NCBI RefSeq assembly: GCF_965284515.1
Contig: NZ_OZ260089.1
Location: 1,797,301-1,861,300, forward strand
Length of the DNA stretch: 64,000 bases
Origin: Flavobacterium sp.
GTDB taxonomy: Bacteria; Bacteroidota; Bacteroidia; Flavobacteriales; Flavobacteriaceae
Direction: 5' to 3'
Part shown: piece by piece, positions 19,961 through 30,732 of the stretch
How positions within the stretch are numbered: the first letter of the stretch is position 1
Layout: every line of letters begins with the position of its first letter
Made by a program: the position numbers and the translations under genes
The notes under the pieces: model-generated
What the model was told of the DNA's origin: nothing
What the model saw: the letters and a program-made list of their open reading frames with translations, nothing else
The model's database searches: none

Positions 19961-20011
19961 TTTGAAATACTTTTTTACTAAAAATTACTAATTCGTTTAA
20001 ACAAAAAACCT

Positions 20012-20019
20012 TATTTTTG
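20012..20019 (+). promoter_or_regulatory. -7 promoter element for lpdA
   Basis: TATTTTTG 32 nt upstream of the ATG. Confidence 0.55.
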
Positions 20020-20051
20020 CATCTGGAAAATAAACACACAAAATATATATT

Positions 20052-21455
20052 ATGAGTCAATTTGATGTTACTATTATAGGTTCTGGTCCTGGTGGATATG
20101 TTTCGGCAATTCGTTGCGCCCAATTAGGATTCAAAACTGCTATTATTGAAAAATATTCAACTCTTGGTGGAACTTGTCTTAATGTAGGTTGTATACCCTC
20201 AAAAGCTTTATTATCTTCTTCTCATCATTATGAAGAATTGCAACATTTTGCTGATCATGGTATTGAAGTTTCTGGGAAAGTAAAAGTAAATCTTGAAAAA
20301 ATGATTGCTCGTAAACAAGCAGTAGTTGACCAAACTTCAGGTGGAGTTAAATACTTAATGGATAAAAACAAAATTACTGTTTTTGAAGGAGTTGGTTCGT
20401 TTGAAAGTGCAACTTCGGTAAAAGTAACTAAAAATGACGGTTCTTCAGAAATTATTGAATCTAAAAACATCATTATTGCAACAGGTTCAAAACCATCTAA
20501 TTTGCCATTTATAAAATTAGATAAAGAAAGAATCATTACCTCTACTGAAGCATTAAAATTACCAGAAGTTCCTAAACATTTAGTAATTATTGGAGGTGGA
20601 GTTATTGGTATTGAGTTAGGTCAAGTTTATTTACGTCTAGGAGCGCAAGTTTCGGTAGTAGAATATATGGATAGAATTGTTCCAGGAATGGACAGTTCTT
20701 TATCTAAAGAATTAACGAAAGTATTAAAGAAGCAAGGAATGAAGTTCTATGTTTCACATAAAGTACAGTCTGTTGAAAGAAAAGGAAAAGTTGTAACTGT
20801 TCAAGCTGAAGATAAGAAAGGACAAATTGTTTCTTTAGAAGGAGATTATGCTCTAGTATCTGTAGGTCGTCGTCCTTATACGGATGGATTAAACGCAGAA
20901 AAAGCTGGTGTAAAAATTACTGATAGAGGAATGGTTGAAGTAAATGATCATTTACAAACTAATATTCCAAATATTTATGCAATAGGAGATGTTGTTCGAG
21001 GAGCAATGTTAGCACATAAGGCAGAAGAAGAAGGAACAATGGTCGCTGAAATTTTAGCGGGACAAAAACCTCATATTGATTATAATTTAATTCCTGGTGT
21101 TGTATATACATGGCCAGAAGTTGCTGCAGTTGGTCAAACAGAAGAACAATTAAAAGAAGCTGGTGTTGCTTATAAAGCTGGAAGTTTTCCTTTCAAAGCC
21201 TTAGGTAGAGCAAGAGCTGGTGGAGATATTGATGGTTTTGTAAAAATATTAGCAGATGCTAAAACAGATGAAGTTTTAGGAGTACATATGATTGGTGCTC
21301 GTTGTGCCGATTTAATTGCAGAAGCTGTTGTAGCTATGGAATTTAGAGCTAGTGCTGAAGATATTTCAAGAATGAGTCACGCACATCCAACATTTGCAGA
21401 AGCTATTAAAGAAGCAGCTTTAGCAGCTACTGATAATAGAGCATTACACGTATAA
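20052..21455 (+). CDS. lpdA: Dihydrolipoyl dehydrogenase (paralog 1)
   Basis: GSGPGG FAD site, GGTCLNVGCIP redox disulfide, GGGVIG, HAHPT. Confidence 0.96.
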   Translation: MSQFDVTIIGSGPGGYVSAIRCAQLGFKTAIIEKYSTLGGTCLNVGCIPSKALLSSSHHYEELQHFADHGIEVSGKVKVNLEKMIARKQAVVDQTSGGVKYLMDKNKITVFEGVGSFESATSVKVTKNDGSSEIIESKNIIIATGSKPSNLPFIKLDKERIITSTEALKLPEVPKHLVIIGGGVIGIELGQVYLRLGAQVSVVEYMDRIVPGMDSSLSKELTKVLKKQGMKFYVSHKVQSVERKGKVVTVQAEDKKGQIVSLEGDYALVSVGRRPYTDGLNAEKAGVKITDRGMVEVNDHLQTNIPNIYAIGDVVRGAMLAHKAEEEGTMVAEILAGQKPHIDYNLIPGVVYTWPEVAAVGQTEEQLKEAGVAYKAGSFPFKALGRARAGGDIDGFVKILADAKTDEVLGVHMIGARCADLIAEAVVAMEFRASAEDISRMSHAHPTFAEAIKEAALAATDNRALHV

Positions 21456-21478
21456 AATTTAGTTTATATATTTTTAAT

Positions 21479-21504
21479 AAGCCCGTTTTAATAACGGGCT
21501 TTTT
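21479..21504 (+). terminator. Terminator after lpdA
   Basis: aagcccgtt-ttaat-aacgggctt followed by a T tract. Confidence 0.8.
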
Positions 21505-21534
21505 GTTGTATTTTTGAGAATCAAATAAGTATAC

Positions 21535-22821
21535 TTGAGAACATCTATTTTTAAACATATAAGTAACCCAAAAGATTTCAAATCTAAATTACTTCATTGG
21601 TCAAACCAATTTAGAGAAGTTATTTTTTTAGATTCAAATAATTATCAACAAGAATATTCAAGTTATGATGTTATTGTAGCTTTAGATGCTTTTACATCTA
21701 TAAAAACTGATTATACTAATTCTTTTCAAGATTTATTTGAATATCAATCAAGAACAAAAGATTGGTTGTTTGGTTATTTATCCTACGATTTAAAAAACGA
21801 TACTGAAGATTTAAAATCAAATAATAGCGATGGACTTGATTTTCCTGATCTTTATTTTTTTCAACCTAAAAGACTTTTTTTGTTGAAAGGAAATCAATTA
21901 GAAATTCAATATCTAAATATGGTTGCTAATGAAGTAGAATTTGATTTTGAAGAAATTATTAATGTTCAATTTTCAATTTTAAATTCTCCAGAATCTCTAA
22001 ATATTCAGCAGCGTATTTCTAAAGATAATTATTTAAAGAAAGTTTCTAAAATGTTAGACTATATTAATCGTGGAGATATATATGAAGCCAATTTTTGTAT
22101 GGAATTTTTCGCTTACGATTCTTTAATTGATCCTTTAGAAACATATAAAAAATTAAACGAAATTTCAGAGCCTCCATTTGCAGTTTATTTTAAAAATGAT
22201 AAACAATATTTGCTTTCGGCTTCGCCAGAACGTTATTTGCGTAAAGAAGAAACAAAAGTCATTACACAACCTATAAAAGGAACTGCAAAACGAAGTTTAG
22301 ACATAGTTAGAGATATTCAGCTTAAAAATGAATTGAGTTTAAATGAAAAAGAACGCTCAGAGAATATAATGATTGTTGATTTAGTTCGAAATGATTTATC
22401 TCATACTGCTACAAAAGGAAGTGTAAATGTTGAAGAACTTTGTGGTTTGTATACTTTTAAACAAGTACATCAAATGATTTCTACAGTCGTTTCTGAAGTA
22501 GATTTTACAATTTCACCTATTGAAATTATTAAAACGACTTTTCCAATGGGAAGCATGACAGGTGCACCAAAAATTTCTGCAATGAAAATTATTGAAGAAT
22601 TAGAAGAAACAAAAAGAGGATTGTACAGTGGTGCAGTTGGTTATTTTACACCAAATGGTGATTTCGACTTTAATGTTGTGATTCGCAGTATTTTATATAA
22701 TGAAAGTAATCAATATTTATCTTTTTCAGTAGGTAGTGCTATAACTTCTTTATCCAATCCAGAAATGGAATACGAAGAATGTTTGTTGAAAGCAAAAGCG
22801 ATGTTTGAAGTTTTGAAATAA
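21535..22821 (+). CDS. pabB: Aminodeoxychorismate synthase component I (chorismate-binding family)
   Basis: [51 protein letters not shown] start. Confidence 0.85.
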   Translation: MRTSIFKHISNPKDFKSKLLHWSNQFREVIFLDSNNYQQEYSSYDVIVALDAFTSIKTDYTNSFQDLFEYQSRTKDWLFGYLSYDLKNDTEDLKSNNSDGLDFPDLYFFQPKRLFLLKGNQLEIQYLNMVANEVEFDFEEIINVQFSILNSPESLNIQQRISKDNYLKKVSKMLDYINRGDIYEANFCMEFFAYDSLIDPLETYKKLNEISEPPFAVYFKNDKQYLLSASPERYLRKEETKVITQPIKGTAKRSLDIVRDIQLKNELSLNEKERSENIMIVDLVRNDLSHTATKGSVNVEELCGLYTFKQVHQMISTVVSEVDFTISPIEIIKTTFPMGSMTGAPKISAMKIIEELEETKRGLYSGAVGYFTPNGDFDFNVVIRSILYNESNQYLSFSVGSAITSLSNPEMEYEECLLKAKAMFEVLK

Positions 22822-22828
22822 TTTATAG

Positions 22829-24136
22829 ATGTTAGAAATATTACAAAATCATATCAATTCAAACTTTCCTCAATTAAGAGGAAAGCGATTACTTTTGGCG
22901 ATAAGTGGAGGAATTGATAGTATGGTTTTAGTACATTTATTACATCGATTAAACTTTCAAATTGCAATTGCACATTGTAACTTTCAATTACGTGGAAATG
23001 AGAGCGAAGAAGATGAAAATTTTGTAAAAGAATTTGCTCTAGACAACAAGATTCCATTTTACAGTATTTCATTTCAAACAGAGAGATATGCTATAGATAA
23101 TAAACTTTCAATTCAGTTGGCAGCTCGAAAGTTGCGTTATGAATGGTTTAATGAAGTTTTAGTAAAAGAAAATTACGATTATATACTTACAGCTCATCAT
23201 TTAGACGATCAAGTAGAAACTTTTTTAATTAATTTTACTCGTGGAACTGGTTTAGAAGGTTTAATCGGAATTCCTTCTCAAAATGACAATATTATTCGTC
23301 CGTTATTACCTTTTTCAAGAGAAGAAATAGAAAGTTTTGCTCAAGACAAAAATATTCTTTGGCGTGAAGATTCTAGTAATTCATCCAATAAGTATTTACG
23401 CAATAAAATGCGTCACGATGTTATTCCTATTCTTAAAGCGTTAAATCCAAGTTTTTTAAATTCTTTTCAAAATACTTTACGTCATTTATCTCAATCAAAT
23501 GACTTACTCAATGAAGTTTCAAATGAGGTTTATAAAAAAGTAATTGTCACAAATAAAGGTGTTATTGAAATTGATTTGCCGAAGTTATTAGAATATAGAA
23601 ATTATAAAGGTTATTTGTACCAATGGTTAAAAAAGTATGATTTCACTTCTTGGGTAGATATTTATGATTTAGTACATGCACAATCTGGCAAACAAGTATT
23701 TTCAGAAACTCACGTTGTTTTAAAAGATAGAGAAAGGTTGCTTGTTTTTCCTAAAGTAGAAGAAGTAATTCAAGAATATTTTCTTAATAAAAATGAAAAA
23801 ACTCTTAAAGTTCCCTTAAATATTTCACTTTGTAAGGTAGATTACATATCTAATACAACTAACAATATTATATTTGTAGACGAAGATAAGATTCAGTTTC
23901 CTTTAGTTATTAGAAAAAAACAAGAAGGAGATTCTTTTCAACCATCAGGAATGGAAGGGAAAAAGAAGTTAAGTAAGTATTTTAAAGACGAAAAATATTC
24001 GTTGATAGATAAAGAAAAACAATGGATTTTAGCTTCAAATAATTCGATTGTTTGGGTAATTGGCAAACGTGCCGACCAACGATTTTTAGCAAATAAAACA
24101 ACACACAATATTTTAAAGATAGAAATTACAGAATGA
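22829..24136 (+). CDS. tilS: tRNA(Ile)-lysidine synthetase
   Basis: AISGGIDS, HCNFQLRG, ARKLRY, TAHHLDDQVET, IRPLL, EDSSN. Confidence 0.96.
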   Translation: MLEILQNHINSNFPQLRGKRLLLAISGGIDSMVLVHLLHRLNFQIAIAHCNFQLRGNESEEDENFVKEFALDNKIPFYSISFQTERYAIDNKLSIQLAARKLRYEWFNEVLVKENYDYILTAHHLDDQVETFLINFTRGTGLEGLIGIPSQNDNIIRPLLPFSREEIESFAQDKNILWREDSSNSSNKYLRNKMRHDVIPILKALNPSFLNSFQNTLRHLSQSNDLLNEVSNEVYKKVIVTNKGVIEIDLPKLLEYRNYKGYLYQWLKKYDFTSWVDIYDLVHAQSGKQVFSETHVVLKDRERLLVFPKVEEVIQEYFLNKNEKTLKVPLNISLCKVDYISNTTNNIIFVDEDKIQFPLVIRKKQEGDSFQPSGMEGKKKLSKYFKDEKYSLIDKEKQWILASNNSIVWVIGKRADQRFLANKTTHNILKIEITE

Positions 24137-26184
24137 AAAAAATAATCGTCCTTTTTGCCCTTTTTTGTTCCTTTTTAGGAAGTGCCCAAATTTTAGATCC
24201 AATAAAATGGTCAACTAAAGTTGTACAAAAATCTGATACTGAATTTGAATTAGTAATGGATGCTGTTATCGATAAAGATTGGCATTTATATTCACAGTTT
24301 ACTCCAGATGGAGGACCACAACAATTAGAATTTGAATTTAAAAATGCTAAAAATAATTTTACATTAGTTGGAAAAACCAAAGAAGGAGCTTATAAAAAAG
24401 TATATAATGACATATTTGAAATTGATGAATATTTCTTTTCAGATAAAGCGCATTTCGTGCAATTAATAAAAGTTATAAATCCCAAATTAAAAGAAATAAA
24501 GGTAACATTAGCCGGACAAGTTTGTATTGAAGGAAAATGTATTCAAGAAGATGATAATTTAACATTCAAATTACCAGCAATTAAAGTTGTTGAAAAAGTT
24601 GAAGAAGTAATAAAAGACGGACAAAAAGAAGAAATTATCTCAACAGAAGTAGCTTCGACAGATGTTGATTCAGCTTTAATGACTACAGATATTGAAGTTG
24701 AAAAGGTTGACAATAAAACAGCAAAAGTAATTATAGATAACGAACCAAAAGAAGAAGAGAAAAAGGGATTATGGACTATTTTCTTTTTAGCTTTCCTTGG
24801 AGGATTTGCTGCATTGCTAACACCTTGTGTATTTCCTATGATTCCGATGACAGTAAGTTTCTTTACAAAACAAAGTAAAACTAAAGCTGAAGGAAAGAGA
24901 AACGCTATTTTATATGGCATTTCAATCATATTAATTTATGTTTTATTGGGAACTATAGTAACATGGGCATTTGGTGCTGATGCTTTAAATGCATTGTCAA
25001 CAAACGTTTGGTTTAATGTAATTTTCTTTGGGCTATTAGTGTTTTTTGCAACATCATTCTTAGGTGCTTTTGAAATTGTTTTACCTAATTCATGGGCAAA
25101 TAAAGTTGATAAACAAGCTGATAGGGGTGGATTTGTTGGAATCTTATTCATGGCTTTAGCTTTAGCAATTGTTTCTTTCTCATGTACTGGGCCAATTGTT
25201 GGAACATTATTAGTAGAAGCAGCTTCAAAAGGTGGTTTAGCTCCAATTGTAGGTATGGTTGGATTTTCATTAGCATTGGCTTTACCATTTATGCTATTTG
25301 CAATGTTTCCAGGATGGATGAATTCATTACCAAAATCGGGTGGTTGGTTAAACACAGTAAAAGTATCTTTAGGTTTCTTAGAATTAGCTTTAGCATTTAA
25401 ATTTTTGTCAAACGCTGATTTAGTAGTTCAAGGACATTATTTAGAAAGAGAGTTATTCTTAATCATCTGGATTGTAATTTTTGGTGCTTGGGCTTTATAT
25501 TTATTCGGAAAATTAATGTTGCCGCACGATAGTCCAATTTCACATCTATCAGTTGGAAGATTGTACATGGCCATTTTAGTTTCTATGTTTACATTATATC
25601 TAATTCCTGGACTTTGGGGAGCACCTTTAAAATTAATTTCAGGATTTCCACCACCAATGACGTATAGCGAAAGTCCAAATGGAGTAGGTTATAAGTTTGA
25701 AGGAAATGTTGGGGCAGTTTCAACTTTACCAGAACATGCTCACAAAGGACCACATGGAATTATAGCTTTTCATGATTATGAAAAAGGGTTGGCTTACGCG
25801 AAAGAAGTTGGAAAACCAATTTTATTAGACTTCACTGGATATGCTTGTGTAAACTGTAGAAAAATGGAAGATTTCGTTTGGTCTACTACAGAAATTTTGC
25901 CAATATTGAAAGGTGAATTTGTTTTGATTTCATTATATGTTGATTCTAAAGAAGAATTACCAAAAGCTGAACAATATGTATCTCCAGAAACAGGTAAAGA
26001 GATAGAAACTATTGGAAATAAATGGAGTGATTATCAAATAACACGTTATAAAAATAACGCACAGCCTTATTATATCATTTTAGATGATGAAGGAAAAGAT
26101 ATAAGTAAGCCTATTGGTTACACTCCAGATGTTGAAGAGTATAAAACTTGGTTAAAAGAAGGTATTTCAAAATTCAAAAAATAA
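24133..26184 (+). CDS. dsbD: Thiol:disulfide interchange protein DsbD family
   Basis: Signal peptide; N-domain with a Cys pair; TM domain TPCVFP and SCTGP; C-terminal CVNC thioredoxin domain. ATGA overlap with tilS. Confidence 0.9.
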   Translation: MKKIIVLFALFCSFLGSAQILDPIKWSTKVVQKSDTEFELVMDAVIDKDWHLYSQFTPDGGPQQLEFEFKNAKNNFTLVGKTKEGAYKKVYNDIFEIDEYFFSDKAHFVQLIKVINPKLKEIKVTLAGQVCIEGKCIQEDDNLTFKLPAIKVVEKVEEVIKDGQKEEIISTEVASTDVDSALMTTDIEVEKVDNKTAKVIIDNEPKEEEKKGLWTIFFLAFLGGFAALLTPCVFPMIPMTVSFFTKQSKTKAEGKRNAILYGISIILIYVLLGTIVTWAFGADALNALSTNVWFNVIFFGLLVFFATSFLGAFEIVLPNSWANKVDKQADRGGFVGILFMALALAIVSFSCTGPIVGTLLVEAASKGGLAPIVGMVGFSLALALPFMLFAMFPGWMNSLPKSGGWLNTVKVSLGFLELALAFKFLSNADLVVQGHYLERELFLIIWIVIFGAWALYLFGKLMLPHDSPISHLSVGRLYMAILVSMFTLYLIPGLWGAPLKLISGFPPPMTYSESPNGVGYKFEGNVGAVSTLPEHAHKGPHGIIAFHDYEKGLAYAKEVGKPILLDFTGYACVNCRKMEDFVWSTTEILPILKGEFVLISLYVDSKEELPKAEQYVSPETGKEIETIGNKWSDYQITRYKNNAQPYYIILDDEGKDISKPIGYTPDVEEYKTWLKEGISKFKK

Positions 26185-26187
26185 ATT

Positions 26188-26212
26188 AAATCCCGAGCAA
26201 TCGGGGTTTTTT
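26188..26212 (+). terminator. Terminator after dsbD
   Basis: aaatcccga-gcaa-tcggggttt followed by a T tract. Confidence 0.8.
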
Positions 26213-26269
26213 ATTTCAAAAACTTTTCTATATTTGTATCTATATAAGCCATTTTAAAAAGTACATGCC

Positions 26270-27805
26270 ATGTTAATAAAAGTATTTGGAAGCGCCGTTT
26301 TCGGTGTTGAAGCCACAACTATTACTGTAGAAGTAAATATCGATAAAGGAATAGGCTACCACTTGGTAGGATTACCAGATTCCGCAATTAAAGAAAGCAG
26401 TTATCGTATCGCTGCAGCTCTTAAAAACAACAATTATAATCTTCCCGGAAAAAAAATTACCATAAATATGGCTCCTGCCGATTTACGTAAGGAAGGTTCT
26501 GCTTATGATTTAACTTTAGCAATTGGAATTCTTGTGGCTTCTGGACAAATAAAAGCGGAAGATGTCGCTAATTATGTTATAATGGGCGAATTGTCCTTAG
26601 ACGGAAGTTTACAACCCATCAAAGGCGCTTTATCTATTGCTATTAAAGCAAAAGAGGAAGGATTTAAAGGAATAATGTTACCTATTCAAAATGTAAAAGA
26701 GGCTGCAATTGTTGAAGGTATTGATGTATACGGAATTGAAAACGTTTTACAAGTAATTGATTTTTTTGAAGGTAGAGGAAACCTAGAGCCAACCATAATT
26801 GATTCTTCAGAAGAGTTCAACAAAACATTAGAATTTCCTGAGTTTGATTTCAGTGACGTTAAGGGTCAGGAATCTATTAAGCGTTGTATGGAAATTGCTG
26901 CGGCTGGAGGGCATAATATTATTTTAATAGGTCCACCTGGTTCTGGAAAAACGATGTTAGCAAAAAGACTACCAAGTATTTTGCCACCAATGACGATGAA
27001 AGAAGCATTGGAAACAACCAAAATTCATTCGGTTGCTGGGAAAACTAAAGAAGTTGGTTTAATGGCACAACGACCGTTTAGAAGTCCACATCACACGGCT
27101 TCAAGTGTCTCATTAGTTGGAGGAGGAAGCTATCCGCAACCAGGCGAAATTTCTCTAGCTCATAATGGTGTTTTGTTTTTAGATGAATTACCAGAGTTTA
27201 AACGAGAAGTCTTAGAAGTAATGCGTCAACCTTTAGAAGATAGAGAAGTTACTATTGCTAGGGCAAAATTTACGATTACATATCCATCTTCATTTATGTT
27301 AGTAGCTAGTATGAATCCGAGTCCAGGTGGATATTTTAACGACCCAAACGCTCCGGTTTCAAGCTCTCCTATGGAAATGCAACGCTATTTAAGTAAAATT
27401 TCTGGTCCGTTATTAGATAGAATTGATATTCACATTGAAGTAACTCCGGTTCCTTTTGAAAAATTGACAGAAACACGTAAAGCTGAAAGTAGTTTAGAAA
27501 TTAGAGAGCGTGTTTCAAAAGCGAGACAACTACAATCAATTCGTTTTGAGTCGTTTGAAAATATTCACTATAATGCTCAAATGGGTTCAAAGCAAATTCG
27601 TGAGTTTTGTGAACTTGATGAAGGTTCACTACAATTATTAAAAACTGCTATGGAGCGATTAAATTTATCAGCAAGAGCGTATGATAGAATTTTAAAAGTA
27701 GCTCGTACTATTGCAGATTTAGAAGCATGTGAAAAAGTTGTTTCACATCACATTGCAGAGGCTATACAATATAGAAGTTTAGATAGAGAAGGTTGGTTGG
27801 GATAG
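26270..27805 (+). CDS. yifB: YifB/ComM family Mg-chelatase-like AAA ATPase
   Basis: INMAPADLRKEG, GPPGSGKT, GEISLAHNGVLFLDE, SGPLLDRID, LSARAYDRILKVARTIADL. Confidence 0.93.
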   Translation: MLIKVFGSAVFGVEATTITVEVNIDKGIGYHLVGLPDSAIKESSYRIAAALKNNNYNLPGKKITINMAPADLRKEGSAYDLTLAIGILVASGQIKAEDVANYVIMGELSLDGSLQPIKGALSIAIKAKEEGFKGIMLPIQNVKEAAIVEGIDVYGIENVLQVIDFFEGRGNLEPTIIDSSEEFNKTLEFPEFDFSDVKGQESIKRCMEIAAAGGHNIILIGPPGSGKTMLAKRLPSILPPMTMKEALETTKIHSVAGKTKEVGLMAQRPFRSPHHTASSVSLVGGGSYPQPGEISLAHNGVLFLDELPEFKREVLEVMRQPLEDREVTIARAKFTITYPSSFMLVASMNPSPGGYFNDPNAPVSSSPMEMQRYLSKISGPLLDRIDIHIEVTPVPFEKLTETRKAESSLEIRERVSKARQLQSIRFESFENIHYNAQMGSKQIREFCELDEGSLQLLKTAMERLNLSARAYDRILKVARTIADLEACEKVVSHHIAEAIQYRSLDREGWLG

Positions 27806-27812
27806 TATAAAA

Positions 27813-27844
27813 ATTATGCCTCTATTAAAGAATAGAGGCATAAT
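27813..27844. terminator. Hairpin between convergent yifB and adhesin cassette
   Basis: 14-bp perfect stem attatgcctctatt-aaag-aatagaggcataat; U tract on the minus strand. Confidence 0.8.
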
Positions 27845-27866
27845 AATGAATAAGAGTAGAGGATTC

Positions 27867-29771
27867 TTAGTTCATTTTTACAACAATAAACTCACTTCTT
27901 CTGTTTTGTTGATGTTCAGCTTCTGAACATTCAACTCCATCTGAACAATTATTAACTAATTCTGTTTCACCAAATCCTTTAGCGGTCAATAGTTTTCTGT
28001 CAATCCCATTCTTTACCATATATTCTAAAGTAGATTTCGCTCTTCTGTCAGATAATAGTTCGTTATATTTATGAGTTTGTCTACTGTCTGTATGAGAACG
28101 TATAGCAACTTCCATATTTGGATATTCTTTCATTACTTCAACTATTTTTTGTAAATCTTTTGCAGCATCAGAGCGAATATTCCATTTGTCTAAATCAAAA
28201 TAAATGATGCTAATTTTAAATATTTTAGCTAAATCAGTACCTTCTTCTATAGGAAATATATTTCGCTCTAATTCAATGTCTAGTTTTGTAATTCCTGTTT
28301 GTTTTTGAGGAGGAAATGATTTTTCTCTTGTTTCATATTCTTCTTTTGAAGCTCTTATATAATATTTTTTATTACAATCAATATTAAATGAATATACTGC
28401 ATTAGCATCTGAATTAGTTTCTTGTAATTGATTCATGTCTTCATCAAATAAGATTACTTTAGAGTTAGGTAATATTTCTTTAGTATCTAAATCTGTGATT
28501 ATACCAGTAACTTTTTGATTACACACATTGAATGCGTAAATATCATCATAGCCTGCACCTCCATCTCTATTTGAAGATAAAAAACCTGTGTTTTTATCAT
28601 TAACAATAAAACTAAAATCATCTTTAGAACTATTAATTGGCTTTGCTAAATTTTTAGGTTTAGTAAATTGATTATTTACTAACTTAGATTCAAAGACATC
28701 TAACCCACCTAATCCTAAATGTCCATTTGAAGCAAAATATAAAATATTATCATGTGAAATAAAAGGAAAAGTTTCTCTTCCTTCAGTATTAATTATAGGG
28801 CCTAAATTTTCGGGAATGCCATAAGTATCATTCCCATTAATGCTTACTTTATAAATATCAGCACTTCCATATCCACCAGGCATATCTGATGAAAAGTATA
28901 AAGTTTTTTCATCAGCGCTTATACTAGGGTGGCCTACACTATAATTATCGTTATTAAATGGTAGTTCTTTTATATTTCCCCATTCGTTATTTGAAAAAGT
29001 TGCCTTATATATTTTAATCCATGTTGTTTTATCATCTGATTTTCCTTTTTTATTTAAATAATTATTTCTTGTAAAATACATGGTTTTTCCATCTTTAGTA
29101 AAAACGGGTGATGATTCGTTTAATTTTGTATTAATTGTTTTTGAAAAATTTACAGGAGTACCTATTTTATTATCTTCGTCTAAAGGAGCAATATATAAAT
29201 CAGTGAAATTTTGATTTGTCCAATCATGAACTTTGCTATAAATAGCACCATCTGTTCTTGAAGAAGTAAATACTATTTGGTTTCCAAAATAGGAAGCTCC
29301 ATAGTCCATATATTCCGAATTTATATCTGTTTTTTCAATTGTATATTTACCAGAGTTCAACTCAATATCAGATAGATAATCTTTATTGTTTGCAAATTCC
29401 TTTCCTCTTGAATCCGTTGTGTTTTTGTTGAATAGCGCTAAATATTTATTAGCATTTTCATAATCTTCTATAGACTTTAAAGATTGCGCATATCTAAAAT
29501 AATATTCAGGATCAACAGTTTCATTTAATGCAAATAATTCTTTGTACCATTTGGCTGCTTTGTCTAATTCTCCATTAAAATAATAGGAATTACCTAGTTT
29601 CATAAATAAATCAGCTGATTTATGTCCTTTTTCTGCTACTTTTTCATAGATTTCTATCGCATCTATATATGAATATTTTGCATATTTTTTATCTGCTGAA
29701 TTAAGTTTTGATGTTTGTGCAAATGTTGCAGAAACTAAACCAATCAATATTATAGAGTAAATTGCTTTCAT
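27867..29771 (-). CDS. OmpA-family protein with TPR and PD40 repeats (PorE-like)
   Basis: N-terminal TPR; PD40-type repeats (P.FTKDGKTMYF, PSISADEKTLYFSSD, GLGGLD); OmpA C-domain YFDLDK...SHTDSR...LSDRRA...NRR. Signal peptide has no lipobox Cys. Confidence 0.9.
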   Translation of the reverse strand: MKAIYSIILIGLVSATFAQTSKLNSADKKYAKYSYIDAIEIYEKVAEKGHKSADLFMKLGNSYYFNGELDKAAKWYKELFALNETVDPEYYFRYAQSLKSIEDYENANKYLALFNKNTTDSRGKEFANNKDYLSDIELNSGKYTIEKTDINSEYMDYGASYFGNQIVFTSSRTDGAIYSKVHDWTNQNFTDLYIAPLDEDNKIGTPVNFSKTINTKLNESSPVFTKDGKTMYFTRNNYLNKKGKSDDKTTWIKIYKATFSNNEWGNIKELPFNNDNYSVGHPSISADEKTLYFSSDMPGGYGSADIYKVSINGNDTYGIPENLGPIINTEGRETFPFISHDNILYFASNGHLGLGGLDVFESKLVNNQFTKPKNLAKPINSSKDDFSFIVNDKNTGFLSSNRDGGAGYDDIYAFNVCNQKVTGIITDLDTKEILPNSKVILFDEDMNQLQETNSDANAVYSFNIDCNKKYYIRASKEEYETREKSFPPQKQTGITKLDIELERNIFPIEEGTDLAKIFKISIIYFDLDKWNIRSDAAKDLQKIVEVMKEYPNMEVAIRSHTDSRQTHKYNELLSDRRAKSTLEYMVKNGIDRKLLTAKGFGETELVNNCSDGVECSEAEHQQNRRSEFIVVKMN

Positions 29772-29782
29772 AATTTTTTGAT

Positions 29783-30691
29783 TTAAAAGAATCTAGGTGA
29801 AGAAATTCTACTATTATTAAATAACTCATATCTTAAAAATATTTCATGGGAACCAGAGTTATAATTAGACAACTTTGTAGTTTCCATGTCGTATCCATAT
29901 CCTATAAACCATGATTCAGATATTTGAAATCCTATTAATCCACTTATTGCTGCACTCCATCTATAAGCAGCCCCAAGTGTTAGCTTATCATTGATTAAAA
30001 AGTTTGCAGTAATATCAGCTTGTAAAGGAGCTCCTTCTACAATTTTAGTTAAAAATGCAGGTTTAAATTTTAAACTAGGGCTTATATCAAATACATGTCC
30101 ACCAATAATATAATAATGCATTTTTTCTCTTGTAATTGCTACTTCATTATCATCAAAATGTTTTGTTTCAAAAAGGTTAGGTACAGATACTCCAAAATAA
30201 GTGTTTTCAGAAAATAAGTAAACACCGGCACCAACATTTGGTGTAAAATCACCATTTAAATTTTGAAATTGAGGATCGTTTTGATCATAAATATTTAATT
30301 TATTTACATCTAGATTAAACAAATTAGCAGTTCCTTTCATTCCTAACGATAATTTATAATTCTCAGAAATTTGTATAAAATAAGCTAAATCTGCTGAAAT
30401 TTGATTCTCTGTAGTTGGACCAATTTTGTCGTTAATTATCGAAAACCCAAGTCCGAAATTAGAATCACCTATTGGTGTGTTTAATGATACATTATTTGTT
30501 ACCGGTGCACCATCTAATCCAACCCATTGATTTCTGTGTAATAAGAAAACACTTAATGTTTCTCTTGATCCTGCATAAGCTGGATTTACATTTACCGTGT
30601 TATACATATATTGTGTGTATTGTGAATCTTGTTGAGAGAAGCACAATGCTTGCGATAAAAGTATAGCTATTAATATGATTTTTGTTTTCAT
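29783..30691 (-). CDS. T9SS membrane protein PorP/SprF family
   Basis: AQQDSQYTQYMYN..NVNPAYAGS, RNQWVGLDGAP, GAAYRW, GYGYD, GSHEIFLRY. Confidence 0.93.
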   Translation of the reverse strand: MKTKIILIAILLSQALCFSQQDSQYTQYMYNTVNVNPAYAGSRETLSVFLLHRNQWVGLDGAPVTNNVSLNTPIGDSNFGLGFSIINDKIGPTTENQISADLAYFIQISENYKLSLGMKGTANLFNLDVNKLNIYDQNDPQFQNLNGDFTPNVGAGVYLFSENTYFGVSVPNLFETKHFDDNEVAITREKMHYYIIGGHVFDISPSLKFKPAFLTKIVEGAPLQADITANFLINDKLTLGAAYRWSAAISGLIGFQISESWFIGYGYDMETTKLSNYNSGSHEIFLRYELFNNSRISSPRFF

Positions 30692-30732
30692 GTGCTAATG
30701 TTTTTTAATTAATAAGTTTAATTGAATAGCAT

